A stretch of DNA of 64,000 nt from Macrostomum lignano (taxonomy: Eukaryota): assembly GCA_002269645.1 (NCBI GenBank), contig NIVC01001778.1, positions 124,001 to 188,000 on the forward strand. Reading direction: 5' to 3'. The notes beneath the pieces are model-generated. The model ran no database searches. It saw nothing but the letters and a program-made list of their open reading frames with translations, and was not told the DNA's origin. A program made the position numbers and the translations under genes. This document shows, piece after piece, positions 25,663 to 35,146 of the stretch. Each line of letters begins with the position of its first letter. Within the stretch, counting starts at the first letter, position 1.

Positions 25663-27267
25663 CTACAATCGGCCAAAAAATCTACTACAGTTGGTCGCAA
25701 ACAGTCGAGTCCAGTACCTGCGATCACATTCACTGTCCGCTAGGGCTTCCGGCACGAACTTGATGGCTGTCGGGTCCTTGGGGTCTCCACCAAACGGTGC
25801 GGCCGATGTCACTAGCAGGCGCTGCCGCGGGAGATGCTTAGCCCGTTGGACCGCTCGCGGGGATCCTCGGCACCGAGCGGACACCTCGAAGAAGACCCCG
25901 TGGCACTTGCTCACCAGCGCGGCCTCGACGGCCTCCGGCAAGTCCAGGTCCTCGGCCAGCATGACGCTCATCGCTTGAAACTCCGGCTGCCGGAGGAATC
26001 CTAGGGCGACCGCCCAGGCAGGTTCGCCGCCTTCAACTCGGAACAAAACCGGCAGGCCGAACTCCTTGGCAAGCAAGAACTGCTCCATCGCCGCCGTTAA
26101 CTGGTCCTGGCGCTGCGACCTCTCAGCGTCCCAATTGAGCTCGACTTCGCCGACCGCCACGACACGCGGCCAGCTACCCGCTAGAAATCGTCGTACATCG
26201 TCTCGCAGCGATGGCCACCACGGTGCAGCACTGGCCTTCAGGCCCAGGGCGAACACGATCCGTCGGTCTTGCAGCAGTGGTCGGACAACGGGACATTCTA
26301 GACGCAGGCAGTACAGCGAGTTTACAGCCGCTAGACATCGACGCACGCCACGAAGGTCCTCGGGCTGAATCGACCGGCCCAGCCTCGTTAGGTATGCCTT
26401 TGCATCGACGAGACGCTTAGCCGAGCTGACCTTGCGCTGATTCGGGTCGTCACGGGGGCAGACCTCCTGGACCGTGTCGGCCGGTCGTACTTGCTCGGGG
26501 TCGACACCCGTTAACTCTTCGGTCGCCAAGTCGCGCTGGGCCGTCAGCGGAGTCTGCGAAAGGTGCGGCCCGTCACTCCCCTCCTCCGGGCGCCGCGCGA
26601 GGCCAGGATCCACTAAGAGAGACAGACCCCGGAGCCTCCCCAACAAGGGACCCCCCAACTCACACAGCTCAAAACCCCGCACAGCCAACAACACGCACTC
26701 AAACGCCGCCTGCAGCACCGAAGGCGGGACCCTCCGACACCTCCCGGAGCCACCACCAGAACCTCTCTTCCGCCCATACTGATTGCACAGAAACGACACA
26801 GACACTGCTAAGAATCTAGACAACTGCTCAGGCACACTCACACCAGCCCCATCAAGAAACCTCGCCACCTCCTGAACCACCAGGCAAGCTCCTTCACTAT
26901 CCCCAGCCCTCAACCGCGCCAGCAGCGCACCCCTCAGCCGCCTACACTCAGCAAGCGCAGCCGGAGCCAATAACTCGGCTGGGATCTCCGCGTGAACTGG
27001 AGCTTCCCCTGCGGCGCTTCCCTTAAGACTAGCCAAAGCTAACCTGACCTGCTCGGGCAACTCAACGTCAGGGGGAGGATTGAAAAAGTAGGCGTACTTT
27101 AACACCCCTTGACACGCTGCCTCTCCAACCCGATCGTATACTTCCCGAAACACTGGGTCAGATAAAACGCACATCGCCATCACGTCTCGCTGAGACTCCG
27201 GAGACCCTACCTCGGCAGGACAGACGCGGGGCCGCTTTGAGTACAGACGATACACACGCTGCCTCAA
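25663..27267 (-). CDS. Retrotransposon ORF3 main frame: C-terminal part of a J-like domain, helical linker and degenerate TatD-family (amidohydrolase TIM-barrel) domain
   Basis: 534-codon open frame. TatD motifs in order: LVDAKAYL (DxHxH), VFALGLKA (GxHP), VVAVGEVELNW (VAIGEIGLDY), LAKEFGLPVLFR (LAxELxLPVxIH), GVFFEVSA, HLPRQRLLVTSAAPF (IPLDRLLLETDAPY), ATNCSRFF (NAxRLF). N-terminal AMCVLSDPVFREVYDRVGEAA resembles J-domain helix III-IV [21 protein letters not shown]. Confidence 0.8.
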   Translation of the reverse strand: MRQRVYRLYSKRPRVCPAEVGSPESQRDVMAMCVLSDPVFREVYDRVGEAACQGVLKYAYFFNPPPDVELPEQVRLALASLKGSAAGEAPVHAEIPAELLAPAALAECRRLRGALLARLRAGDSEGACLVVQEVARFLDGAGVSVPEQLSRFLAVSVSFLCNQYGRKRGSGGGSGRCRRVPPSVLQAAFECVLLAVRGFELCELGGPLLGRLRGLSLLVDPGLARRPEEGSDGPHLSQTPLTAQRDLATEELTGVDPEQVRPADTVQEVCPRDDPNQRKVSSAKRLVDAKAYLTRLGRSIQPEDLRGVRRCLAAVNSLYCLRLECPVVRPLLQDRRIVFALGLKASAAPWWPSLRDDVRRFLAGSWPRVVAVGEVELNWDAERSQRQDQLTAAMEQFLLAKEFGLPVLFRVEGGEPAWAVALGFLRQPEFQAMSVMLAEDLDLPEAVEAALVSKCHGVFFEVSARCRGSPRAVQRAKHLPRQRLLVTSAAPFGGDPKDPTAIKFVPEALADSECDRRYWTRLFATNCSRFFGRL

Positions 27268-27340
27268 TCTCCGCAGAGTTAGCAGTCCGACCCACGCCTA
27301 ACACGCCATACAAATCAGTCGGTGTCGTTGGCGACGACAT
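27257..27340 (-). CDS. Probable true N-terminus of ORF3 (J-domain helices I-II), one base out of frame with the main ORF
   Basis: ACCATG at 27340; MSSPTTPTDLYGVLGVGRTANSAEIEAA aligns to DnaJ DYYEILGVSKTAEEREIRKA; the main ORF3 frame has a TAG at 27298-27300, so the join needs a frame change at GCG-T-GTG-TAT (27259-27250). Confidence 0.65.
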
Positions 27341-27677
27341 GGTCCTCCTGCAATGATGACATTTAAACCCAATCACTACCTATGCCTTGCGGACTAGCAA
27401 CTGTGACCCTGACCTGACCCATCCTATGACATGTTTATTTTACAATACGATTGAGAACGCTTCTTGCCTAGCATACTTTGTAATTTTAATACATTTAATG
27501 TTTTTTACGTGCTTTCCATGCGTTCCATTTTATGATTTTTTTGTGCTTTGGGGTTGTATCATTTTTTTCATTTTAGGTTATTTTAGGCTTTCTACCATAG
27601 ACAACAGCGTGGAGGCATTAATACAAGTGCATATTAAAAATCAATTTATGACGACCGCCTTGTGAGCCCACTGCGAA

Positions 27678-30600
27678 TTAACGATACAATACCGGATTCC
27701 CGTAATACGCTGGGGGCACACCCCGACGCTCGCGCAGTCTGCGCGGAGACACGGCTGGCGCCGCTGGAGCCACCGGTGCGCATGGCGCAACTGGCGTTCC
27801 CGGCCCTACTATCCCATGCCGAGGCCCAACGGCAACTGGTGGCACCACATACGAGTAAAACTCCTCCTCCTCCTCAAGTTCCGGCTCTTTAGTCGCCGGC
27901 CCCGCGGGCTCCTGTCTGCACCCTGCCGGCTCAGGCGGATGCGCCGACCGGCGCTGCACTGCCGTATGCCTATTCATCAACCTGAACTGCTCAGGCCGCT
28001 CGGGTACTTTTCGCAAATTATTATAATGCACTATTTTGCTCTTTCCCCTATTGGCGTGCTTTACCCGGTAATTCAAATCGGATATCTTCTCTAACACCTT
28101 CGCCGGCCCCTTCCAATTGCAATGGAACTTGGCTGCCTCCCCTGCCTGCAGCGCAGGCGAGTATTCTAGGACGGCATCCCCAACTTCTATGGCCGGGCCT
28201 CGCACCCTTGAGTCGTACAGCACTTTCTGTTTCCTCTGGTACTGCTGCAGGTTGGTCCGCACCTGCGAATGAGCCTCAGCCAGACTATTACCTAATGACT
28301 GAACATACGCCGGAGCACTGGCAGGAATGGACTCAGGCAAGGTTCCAATGTCCACTGGAAGCCGCATCTCCCTGGCGTACAGCATGTAGTACGGGGTGTA
28401 CCCCGTGCCTCTGTGAACGCTGCTACGGTACGCCATGAGAGACGGGTGGATCAGATCCTCCCAGTCTCCTTCGCCCACCGACTCACTCATCCTGCACTTG
28501 ATCATTGACTTCAACGTCTTATTGAAACTCTCAGCCTGACCATCAGCCATCGGGTGATAGGAGGACGTTCTGCATTTCTTAACGGCAAGCAACCGACACA
28601 ACTGCTTCATCAAAGCCGACTCAAAATTGGTGCCCTTATCGGTGACTAGAAATTCAGGACAACCAAAGTGCGCAATCCAGTGATCAAAAATCGCTCGCGC
28701 CACCGTCGGGGCTCGCTGATTGGACAAGGGCACCGCCACCGGCCACTTAGTAAAAGAATCCTGGATTGTCAGCACGAATCGATTGCCACCTCTGGACTTG
28801 GGCAACGGCCCGACAATGTCACTCATGATCCTCTGGAAAGCTCCTTCCGAGCAGATTGGCTGCAAAGGCGCCCGGTTGCTGCGCCCAGGCTTCGCCTTCG
28901 CACAGTGGACACAGCTCCGGCAATACTCTTCCACGGAACGACTCAGCCCCGGCCACCAGTATCTCGCCTTCACTTTCTCTTGTGTCTTCCTAACCCCAAG
29001 GTGCCCTCCTGCAACCCCATCATGAAGCTCACTGAGCACTTTCGGCAGCAAAGCCGGCGGCAGCAAGATCTTTTTCTGGCACCCACTCCCGGGACTCTGA
29101 AAATACAACAGATCAGACTCTACTCTTATCAGCTGCCGTTGTGCCCACAGCACACGCTCCTCCCACGACATCACTCTAGGCGCACTGGGGTTCGAACCCG
29201 GGTCCAGGGCATAGGAGCGGACAGCTGCAAGCTTCTTCTCGGCCACTTGCGCCTGCTGGACTTCCTTCGAAGACAGCCCACTGCCAAACACCGCGTTCAC
29301 TACTGGCACATTCTCGCTAAACTGGCAGCTAGGGCAGCTCTCATGGCCAGCGTGTTTTCGGTACTTGCGAGACAGCGAATCAGCGTTGCCGTGCTCCTTG
29401 CCTGGCCTGTGAATGATCTCAAAGTCGAAGTTCTGGAGCGACTCAAGCCACCTTGCGCACTGACCCTCTACGTCCTTCAGACTGGCTAGCCACTGCAAAG
29501 CTTTGTGGTCTGAACGAACAGTGAACTTTCTACCTAACAAATAGTACCTATACTTTTTGACGAAGTGCACGACGGCAAGCAACTCTAACCTGGTGGTGCA
29601 ATAATTTTTCTCCGCCGCATGAATCATCCTAGACCCGTAAGCGATCACCTTCTCACGGCCATCTGCTTGACGCTGTGACAGGACGGCTCCCAGCCCGACG
29701 CGCGAACTGGCGTCCGTGTCGAGGATGAACTCCCCGGCACCAGGCGAAAAATCCGGGAATGCCATCACATTCGGTGAACACAAAGCGTCTTTCAGCCTGC
29801 AAAACGAACTCTCCTCTTCACTACCCCACTCAAACTTCACTCCGTCTGCGGTTAACCTATACAGCGGCGCTGCAATCTCCGAAAACTGCGGGATAAATGA
29901 CTGATAGTAGGCGCACGTACCCAGGAATGCCTGCACCTTCTTGGCGCTACATGGCCTCGGCCAATTCTGGATCTCCTCGCACTTGCTCGGGTCCGTTGCG
30001 ATCCCCTCCTGAGAGACGATGTGGCCCAGAAACTTCACCCGCTCTGCGAGGAACACACACTTGGCGGGCTTCAGCTTGACATTGGCATCCCTCAGGCACT
30101 GGAAAACATGCTTCAATCGCTCGAGATGCTGACCCACCGACTTGGCGAACACGACTATATCGTCAAAGTACACCAGGCACTCCTTCCAGTTAACCTCAGA
30201 CAGGGCCATAGACATTAGCCTGGCGAACGTAGCGGGAGCATTGCGCAAGCCAAAACTCATGCACTTCCAGGCGAACTGACCCCTGTTGGGTACCACGAAC
30301 GCCGTTTTCAACTGGTCCTTCGGCTCAATCGGGCACTGATGATAGCCGGAGGCCAGATCCATCGTCGAGAAAACACAGTTCCCTCCTAGCGCATCAAGCG
30401 TCTCGTCCATCCGCGGCGGTGGGTAAGGATCTGGCACTGTGACCTCGTTAAGGCGCCGATAGTCTAGACACAACCTCAAGCTACCGTCGGCCTTTTTAAC
30501 CGGCACGATCGGGCTCGCCCACGGAGAGTAGCAGGGATAGATGCGATCCTGCTGCAACAACTCATCAACCTGCTTATCAATTTCCTCCTTCCAGCGCGGT

Positions 30601-31676
30601 GGAATCCTACGCGCGGGCTGACTTACTGGCTTGGCGTTGCCGGTGTCAATCTCATGCGCCATCAAGTGTGACTGTCCCAACTCCGAGCTATCCCTGGCAA
30701 AGACATCACGATTCCGAGCCATCAGGCGCTCAAACTCGTGCTTCTCATCGCCCGTCAGGCCACATCCTCCCCACTCCTTGACATCGCTGAGGGGGTTCCA
30801 GTCGTCTCGGACACTCTCCACCGAGTTCACCTGCCACCCAGCTGGCTGCTGGGCCGCCACTGGGGAGAACCAACCAATTCGGCTTCCCTTCCTTAATGAC
30901 AGACTGCATCCTGACGTGTTCAACACCCTGACAGCCAAGCGACCGTCCCCGTCAGGCATCTGTACCGATCTGGCCACCATCTGCTCGTTACTCACTCTCC
31001 TCTCAGACTCCACAATGCCTAGGAACTGAACCCCAGAGGGAACCCTTCTCTGCAACCTGACGTGCACCACCTTCTCTTGACCTGCATTGAACTGCTCAGG
31101 CTGACTCAGCACCAGACGGCAAAGACGCGGCTTATCTGCTGATAAGCGAAACGGATACACACAGGATGCAGTCTGCAAGCAATTCCTAGCAAAGTCAATC
31201 GCCATCCCGTGTCTCACGAAAAAGTCAGTGCCCAGAATACATGCCACAGCCAGTTCCTCGACCACAGCGAACTCGTGCAAAAACTCGGTGTCCCCAACAG
31301 AAAACTTCATCGTCACCATTCCATGTACAGCAATCGGTTCCCCATTGGCAGCGAAAACGGAAAAATTCGGCAAATTCGGCGATAAGTCAATGTCGGCTTT
31401 TCTAGACTTCAGGAAACGGTTGCTTAACAACGACACGGTGGCCCCGCTGTCCAGCAGACATGCAATCGGGGGCCCAAACCTAAACTGTGCATCCACATAG
31501 CCCAGTCCCTGCCGACTCAGCACACTCTGGGACAAGGCCGCGGCCCCCGATGCACCCGGATTCACTGACGCTGGGGCCCGGACGGGTGCCCCGGCCGAGC
31601 CCCCAATCCGTTTCCCGAACCCGACTGGTCCCACCGACGATAGCAGCGGTTGCGCATGTGCCCTGACTGGCCACAC
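27678..31676 (-). CDS. pol: Gypsy pol polyprotein (protease, reverse transcriptase, RNase H, integrase), expressed by -1 frameshift from gag
   Basis: LLDSGATVSLL (protease), LCLDYRRLN and YFDDIVVF (RT), ILDTDAS/ELLAVV/SDHKAL (RNase H), HDGVAGGHLG...CVHC zinc finger, DIVGP/TDKG/ESFN (DDE integrase), WKGP (GPY/F); 1332 codons uninterrupted. Confidence 0.98.
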   Translation of the reverse strand: MWPVRAHAQPLLSSVGPVGFGKRIGGSAGAPVRAPASVNPGASGAAALSQSVLSRQGLGYVDAQFRFGPPIACLLDSGATVSLLSNRFLKSRKADIDLSPNLPNFSVFAANGEPIAVHGMVTMKFSVGDTEFLHEFAVVEELAVACILGTDFFVRHGMAIDFARNCLQTASCVYPFRLSADKPRLCRLVLSQPEQFNAGQEKVVHVRLQRRVPSGVQFLGIVESERRVSNEQMVARSVQMPDGDGRLAVRVLNTSGCSLSLRKGSRIGWFSPVAAQQPAGWQVNSVESVRDDWNPLSDVKEWGGCGLTGDEKHEFERLMARNRDVFARDSSELGQSHLMAHEIDTGNAKPVSQPARRIPPRWKEEIDKQVDELLQQDRIYPCYSPWASPIVPVKKADGSLRLCLDYRRLNEVTVPDPYPPPRMDETLDALGGNCVFSTMDLASGYHQCPIEPKDQLKTAFVVPNRGQFAWKCMSFGLRNAPATFARLMSMALSEVNWKECLVYFDDIVVFAKSVGQHLERLKHVFQCLRDANVKLKPAKCVFLAERVKFLGHIVSQEGIATDPSKCEEIQNWPRPCSAKKVQAFLGTCAYYQSFIPQFSEIAAPLYRLTADGVKFEWGSEEESSFCRLKDALCSPNVMAFPDFSPGAGEFILDTDASSRVGLGAVLSQRQADGREKVIAYGSRMIHAAEKNYCTTRLELLAVVHFVKKYRYYLLGRKFTVRSDHKALQWLASLKDVEGQCARWLESLQNFDFEIIHRPGKEHGNADSLSRKYRKHAGHESCPSCQFSENVPVVNAVFGSGLSSKEVQQAQVAEKKLAAVRSYALDPGSNPSAPRVMSWEERVLWAQRQLIRVESDLLYFQSPGSGCQKKILLPPALLPKVLSELHDGVAGGHLGVRKTQEKVKARYWWPGLSRSVEEYCRSCVHCAKAKPGRSNRAPLQPICSEGAFQRIMSDIVGPLPKSRGGNRFVLTIQDSFTKWPVAVPLSNQRAPTVARAIFDHWIAHFGCPEFLVTDKGTNFESALMKQLCRLLAVKKCRTSSYHPMADGQAESFNKTLKSMIKCRMSESVGEGDWEDLIHPSLMAYRSSVHRGTGYTPYYMLYAREMRLPVDIGTLPESIPASAPAYVQSLGNSLAEAHSQVRTNLQQYQRKQKVLYDSRVRGPAIEVGDAVLEYSPALQAGEAAKFHCNWKGPAKVLEKISDLNYRVKHANRGKSKIVHYNNLRKVPERPEQFRLMNRHTAVQRRSAHPPEPAGCRQEPAGPATKEPELEEEEEFYSYVVPPVAVGPRHGIVGPGTPVAPCAPVAPAAPAVSPRRLRERRGVPPAYYGNPVLYR
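31552..31616 (-). promoter_or_regulatory. Programmed -1 ribosomal frameshift signal: slippery G_GGA_AAC plus H-type pseudoknot
   Basis: Heptamer 31616-31610 in gag frame; 6-nt spacer; stem 1 GGGGCTCGG/CCGGGCCCC; stem 2 GCACCCG/CGGGTGC; pol is in the -1 frame. Confidence 0.85.
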
Positions 31677-32542
31677 TCCCGGCAGACCACTGCATTACGG
31701 CACCGAGCCGTAGTATGCCCTGTCTGCAGGCACCGACCACACTGCCTCTGCTGCTGACTCTGCTCAGGGGCTCGATGCTGCAAGCTCACTTTTGGCTGCT
31801 CAGACCTTGCTGTCGCCATCGGCGCAGTGGGCGCTGCAGCACTTGCTTTTAGCTGAGCCACTTCCGCTTTCAGAGTTGCTATCTCGGCGGCTGCCCTGGA
31901 CTCCTGGCTGTTGCCAGCCGCTGCGGCCTGACCCCCCACCATGTGCACAGCTCGCTTACCCTCGGGCTCCATCAGAGCCAACGATGCCCTCACTTGACGC
32001 ACCCGCCTAATAGCGTCCTGGAGCGTCTCTGGCGCTTGCAGCAGCACGCTCTCCAGCACCCGGGCTGGCACCCGAATCCCCTTCAAAAACCTGTCTTTCA
32101 CCAACTCTTCTCGCTGGGCCGCTGGCAGCATTGGGTACGATTTTCTCATAAGCTCCTTGAGCACGTCTGCATATTCTTCAATGGGCTCGCCATCTTTCTG
32201 ATTCCTACTCTGGAACTCGGTCTTGTAATCTTGAGCAGTCCTATTCTCATCAAACCTAGCTTCTAGCTGCTCAACAAACTCATCATACGGCAAATCATCG
32301 GCCAACTCAAGATTCGCAACAGCCTTAAAAGCAGTATTAAAGTCAAGCAGACTGAGCAGCGCCTGCTTGCGCTGATCCCCTAGAATATGAGCCGCCTCAC
32401 AATACCCTGTGAATTGTTGCATCCAAAGGGCAAAGTCCTGTGTGGGCACGTACTTATTTGGCCTCGGCACCCGCTGTGCCACATTAAGTTCGTTTTGCAG
32501 ACGCGCCGTCAGGGCGTCAATCAGATCGTCTAAATTGGCCAT
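31562..32542 (-). CDS. gag: Gypsy gag (326 aa from GCCATGG at 32542)
   Basis: Retrotransposon-gag-like region (WMQQF...YDEFVEQLEARF...RNQKDGEPIEEY...LVKDRFLKG) and two zinc knuckles CGRCLQTGHTTARC and CRECGQSGHMRNRC. Confidence 0.95.
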   Translation of the reverse strand: MANLDDLIDALTARLQNELNVAQRVPRPNKYVPTQDFALWMQQFTGYCEAAHILGDQRKQALLSLLDFNTAFKAVANLELADDLPYDEFVEQLEARFDENRTAQDYKTEFQSRNQKDGEPIEEYADVLKELMRKSYPMLPAAQREELVKDRFLKGIRVPARVLESVLLQAPETLQDAIRRVRQVRASLALMEPEGKRAVHMVGGQAAAAGNSQESRAAAEIATLKAEVAQLKASAAAPTAPMATARSEQPKVSLQHRAPEQSQQQRQCGRCLQTGHTTARCRNAVVCRECGQSGHMRNRCYRRWDQSGSGNGLGARPGHPSGPQRQ

Positions 32543-32646
32543 GGCTACAAAAGCACAGAGACAACCGAAGCAAACAACACACAAATAAACTAGGCAACAC
32601 ACACAACCCTAAACACACGGCAGGACAGCAGGGGAGAGGACCGCTG

Positions 32647-32664
32647 ATCCTGGTCACGGCACCA
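32647..32664 (-). promoter_or_regulatory. Primer-binding site complementary to the 3' end of tRNA-His
   Basis: TGGTGCCGTGACCAGGAT two nt after the 5' LTR; its complement ATCCTGGTCACGGCA-CCA is the 3' end of invertebrate tRNA-His(GUG) as recalled. Confidence 0.85.
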
Positions 32665-32666
32665 CT

Positions 32667-33368
32667 TGTTGTGTCTCGGCCTAATGGCCGCTGGACGGGT
32701 CAAGGTTCGGGCCCTCCCCGCCTGAGACACCCCTGTCCCAGCCCTCACCCCGGCTATTCCTACCCTGTCTCGCTCGGTTCGGCGAGAGTTCGCCTGACCG
32801 AACACCCTGGGATCGGCGAGAGTTCACCGTTCCCAGGTCCCTGCAGATCCCGGCCCCACGCGGCAACCCAGAAGAACGAAAGCTCGATCTCACCTCCTCT
32901 TGATATATCGAGTTACTAACGAAGCGTTTATTGGCCCGAAGCAGTTATTGGCACGCGAAGGCAGAGGTACGCCGATGAACGCAAAAACAGTAAGAACGAA
33001 GCGGACACCAATAGAGAGCCAACGTGGAGCGCAGCCCGCTCAGGGCTAGCATTTAAATAATACACAAAAAAGGGGGAGGGGTGGGGCAGAATGGAGACGG
33101 CGAGCCAAACCCTGGGGCCCAGCCGGCTTATCAGCCAGCCAGCCAATACGAGCAGCCCCAGGGTGAGGCGGGCAACGAGGGAGGGGGGGGGGCACCCAGA
33201 TTGGACAGAGATTGGGCCGGGGGCTGGGTGCAAAGGGCTAGGCCAGGGTTGAGACTTACGCCTCTCACAAACCCTGGCCCGGGCGCGAGACGGGGGACGG
33301 GGCGGGGTGGCATGAAAACTGAAAACAAAAGTACGAGTACATACACACTGGAAGGGCGCAGCCCAACA
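32667..33368 (-). repeat. 5' LTR (702 bp)
   Basis: Near-identical to 24722-25422; followed on the minus strand by the PBS. Confidence 0.97.
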
Positions 33369-33994
33369 ATATAGTAGTGATACAGTTGAGTAGATTTCAG
33401 GCACTTCTCAGTCTATAAAGAGTGTCGGATATGCAATGAAACGCAAGCTAAACTTAAACGCACTCAATTAACCGTGGCTGGCCATAAATAAAGCTTCTAA
33501 AACCTTGAGCATCGCAGCGGGTATTCGCTAAAGCGCACTGCGACAGAGGCACTCAAATTGACTTTGCATAAAATAAATTGATTTGGCGAACAATTTTCAC
33601 AAAACTTCAACTAGTTTAGGCCTCGCCTTCTTTAATTGTTTTGTTATCTATTATACTCATAATATAACTACTAAAGTCAGAATTGACCAGACAGTCCCCA
33701 TCTCCGCTTGAGGTCCAATTAAAGAAAACGATAGCTAATTATAAAAATGTTGGCAATGAATGCTTATCATTTAATCCTATTCATTTAGGGATTTTAAGTC
33801 ATGCCCCATTATTGCAGGTGCCTCCTCGGTGGGCGGGAATCAGAACGAAGAGTTAAAAGCTCTTATCCAATTATGGAATTAGATGTTCTTAAATTCTAAA
33901 GTATTCGACACCCACACGCACACAGATGCAACTTTAATAATCGCTTTGTAAATTGAAAATACTCGAAAGAAACTAGAGGGAGCATCCAGGATTT

Positions 33995-34560
33995 TTTATT
34001 GAGAGGGGGGCACGGTTTTAAGGGCGCCATCATTGTTGGAGGTGCCGACGTGGGAGGCGCCATCATGGGAGGCCAGCATCAAGGGGCGCCATCATGGGAG
34101 GCCAGCATCAAGGGGCGCCATAGTGGGGCGCCAACATCAAGGGGCGTGATTGTGGAGGCGCCAGCATCAAGGGGCGCCATCGTGGGGGCGCCAGTATCAA
34201 GGAGCGCGATTGTGGAGGCGCCAGCATCAAGGGGCGCCATCGTGGGGCGCCAGCATCAAGGAGCGCCATCGCGAGGGGGCGCCAGCATCAAGGGGCGCCA
34301 TCGTGACGGGGCGCCAGCATCAAGGGGCGCCATCGTGACGGGGCGCCAGCATCAAGGGGCGCCATCATGGGGGCGCCAACATCAAGGGGCGCCATTGTGG
34401 GGGCGCCAGCATCAAGGGGCGCCATTGTGGGGGCGCCAGCATCAAGGGGCGCCATCGTGACGGGGCGCCAGCATCAAGGAGCGCCATCGCGAGGGGGCGC
34501 CAGCATCAAGGAGCGCCATCGTGACGGGGCGCCAGCATCAAGGAGCGCCAAGGGGGCGCC
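33995..34560. repeat. GGCGCC-core minisatellite
   Basis: Units GGGGCGCCAGCATCAA alternating with GGGGCGCCATCGTG. Confidence 0.92.
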
Positions 34561-35146
34561 TAGTCAGCTGCGTAGGAGGCGCCACAGAGTTTGCCAGCCT
34601 ACTTGCAGTGGGGGATGGCTCAAGCCCCTGAAAAACGCCAATAATCTGGACGAGTGGGAGTAGAAAGAACCTACAAGTTTTCAAATAACATAACATGGCC
34701 AGTTTTGACAATTGTCAAAACACAGACAGACAACTTAAGATGCGGCCGTATGTTGTATTAATTTTTTTCGGGGCAACACAACACACTGTCTGACAATAGG
34801 AGCCATAATAGAGGGTATTTGGAATTGGCGCCAAGATCACAGTGGGGGTCATTGTACGGTCTCTCAAGCCTCGTGTATGTAGCAGTTTCATATACCGTAT
34901 CCAACACGATAGAGTTTGAGCCAATGTGGGCCTAAGTGTGTCGCAACTGAATTCGAGTTAAGCGTGGCAAGAGAGAGGAGAGAAGCACTCGAAACATGTT
35001 GAAAGCATGTATATTGGTGTGTACAGAATCGATAGAACAATAAACAGTTTGCTTTAATAAAGTTGAATTGAAATGAGGGTCTCCGTGTTTTCAAATATAA
35101 CTCAAGTGTCTGCCCGTGGTCTCTGAGGTCGTTTTGATATTTTATT

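Larger units (their letters stand above)
24722..33368 (-). mobile_element. Full-length Ty3/Gypsy LTR retrotransposon (8647 bp) with a third, non-env ORF
   Basis: Two LTRs with TGTTG...CAACA ends, 4-bp TSD ATAT (24718-24721 and 33369-33372), PBS, PPT, gag with two CCHC knuckles, pol in PR-RT-RH-INT order. Confidence 0.98.

Noticed and set aside
25663-27267. ORF3 as a retroviral-type env gene
   Set aside because: Right position, but no signal peptide, furin site, fusion peptide or TM anchor; motifs match J-domain and TatD instead.
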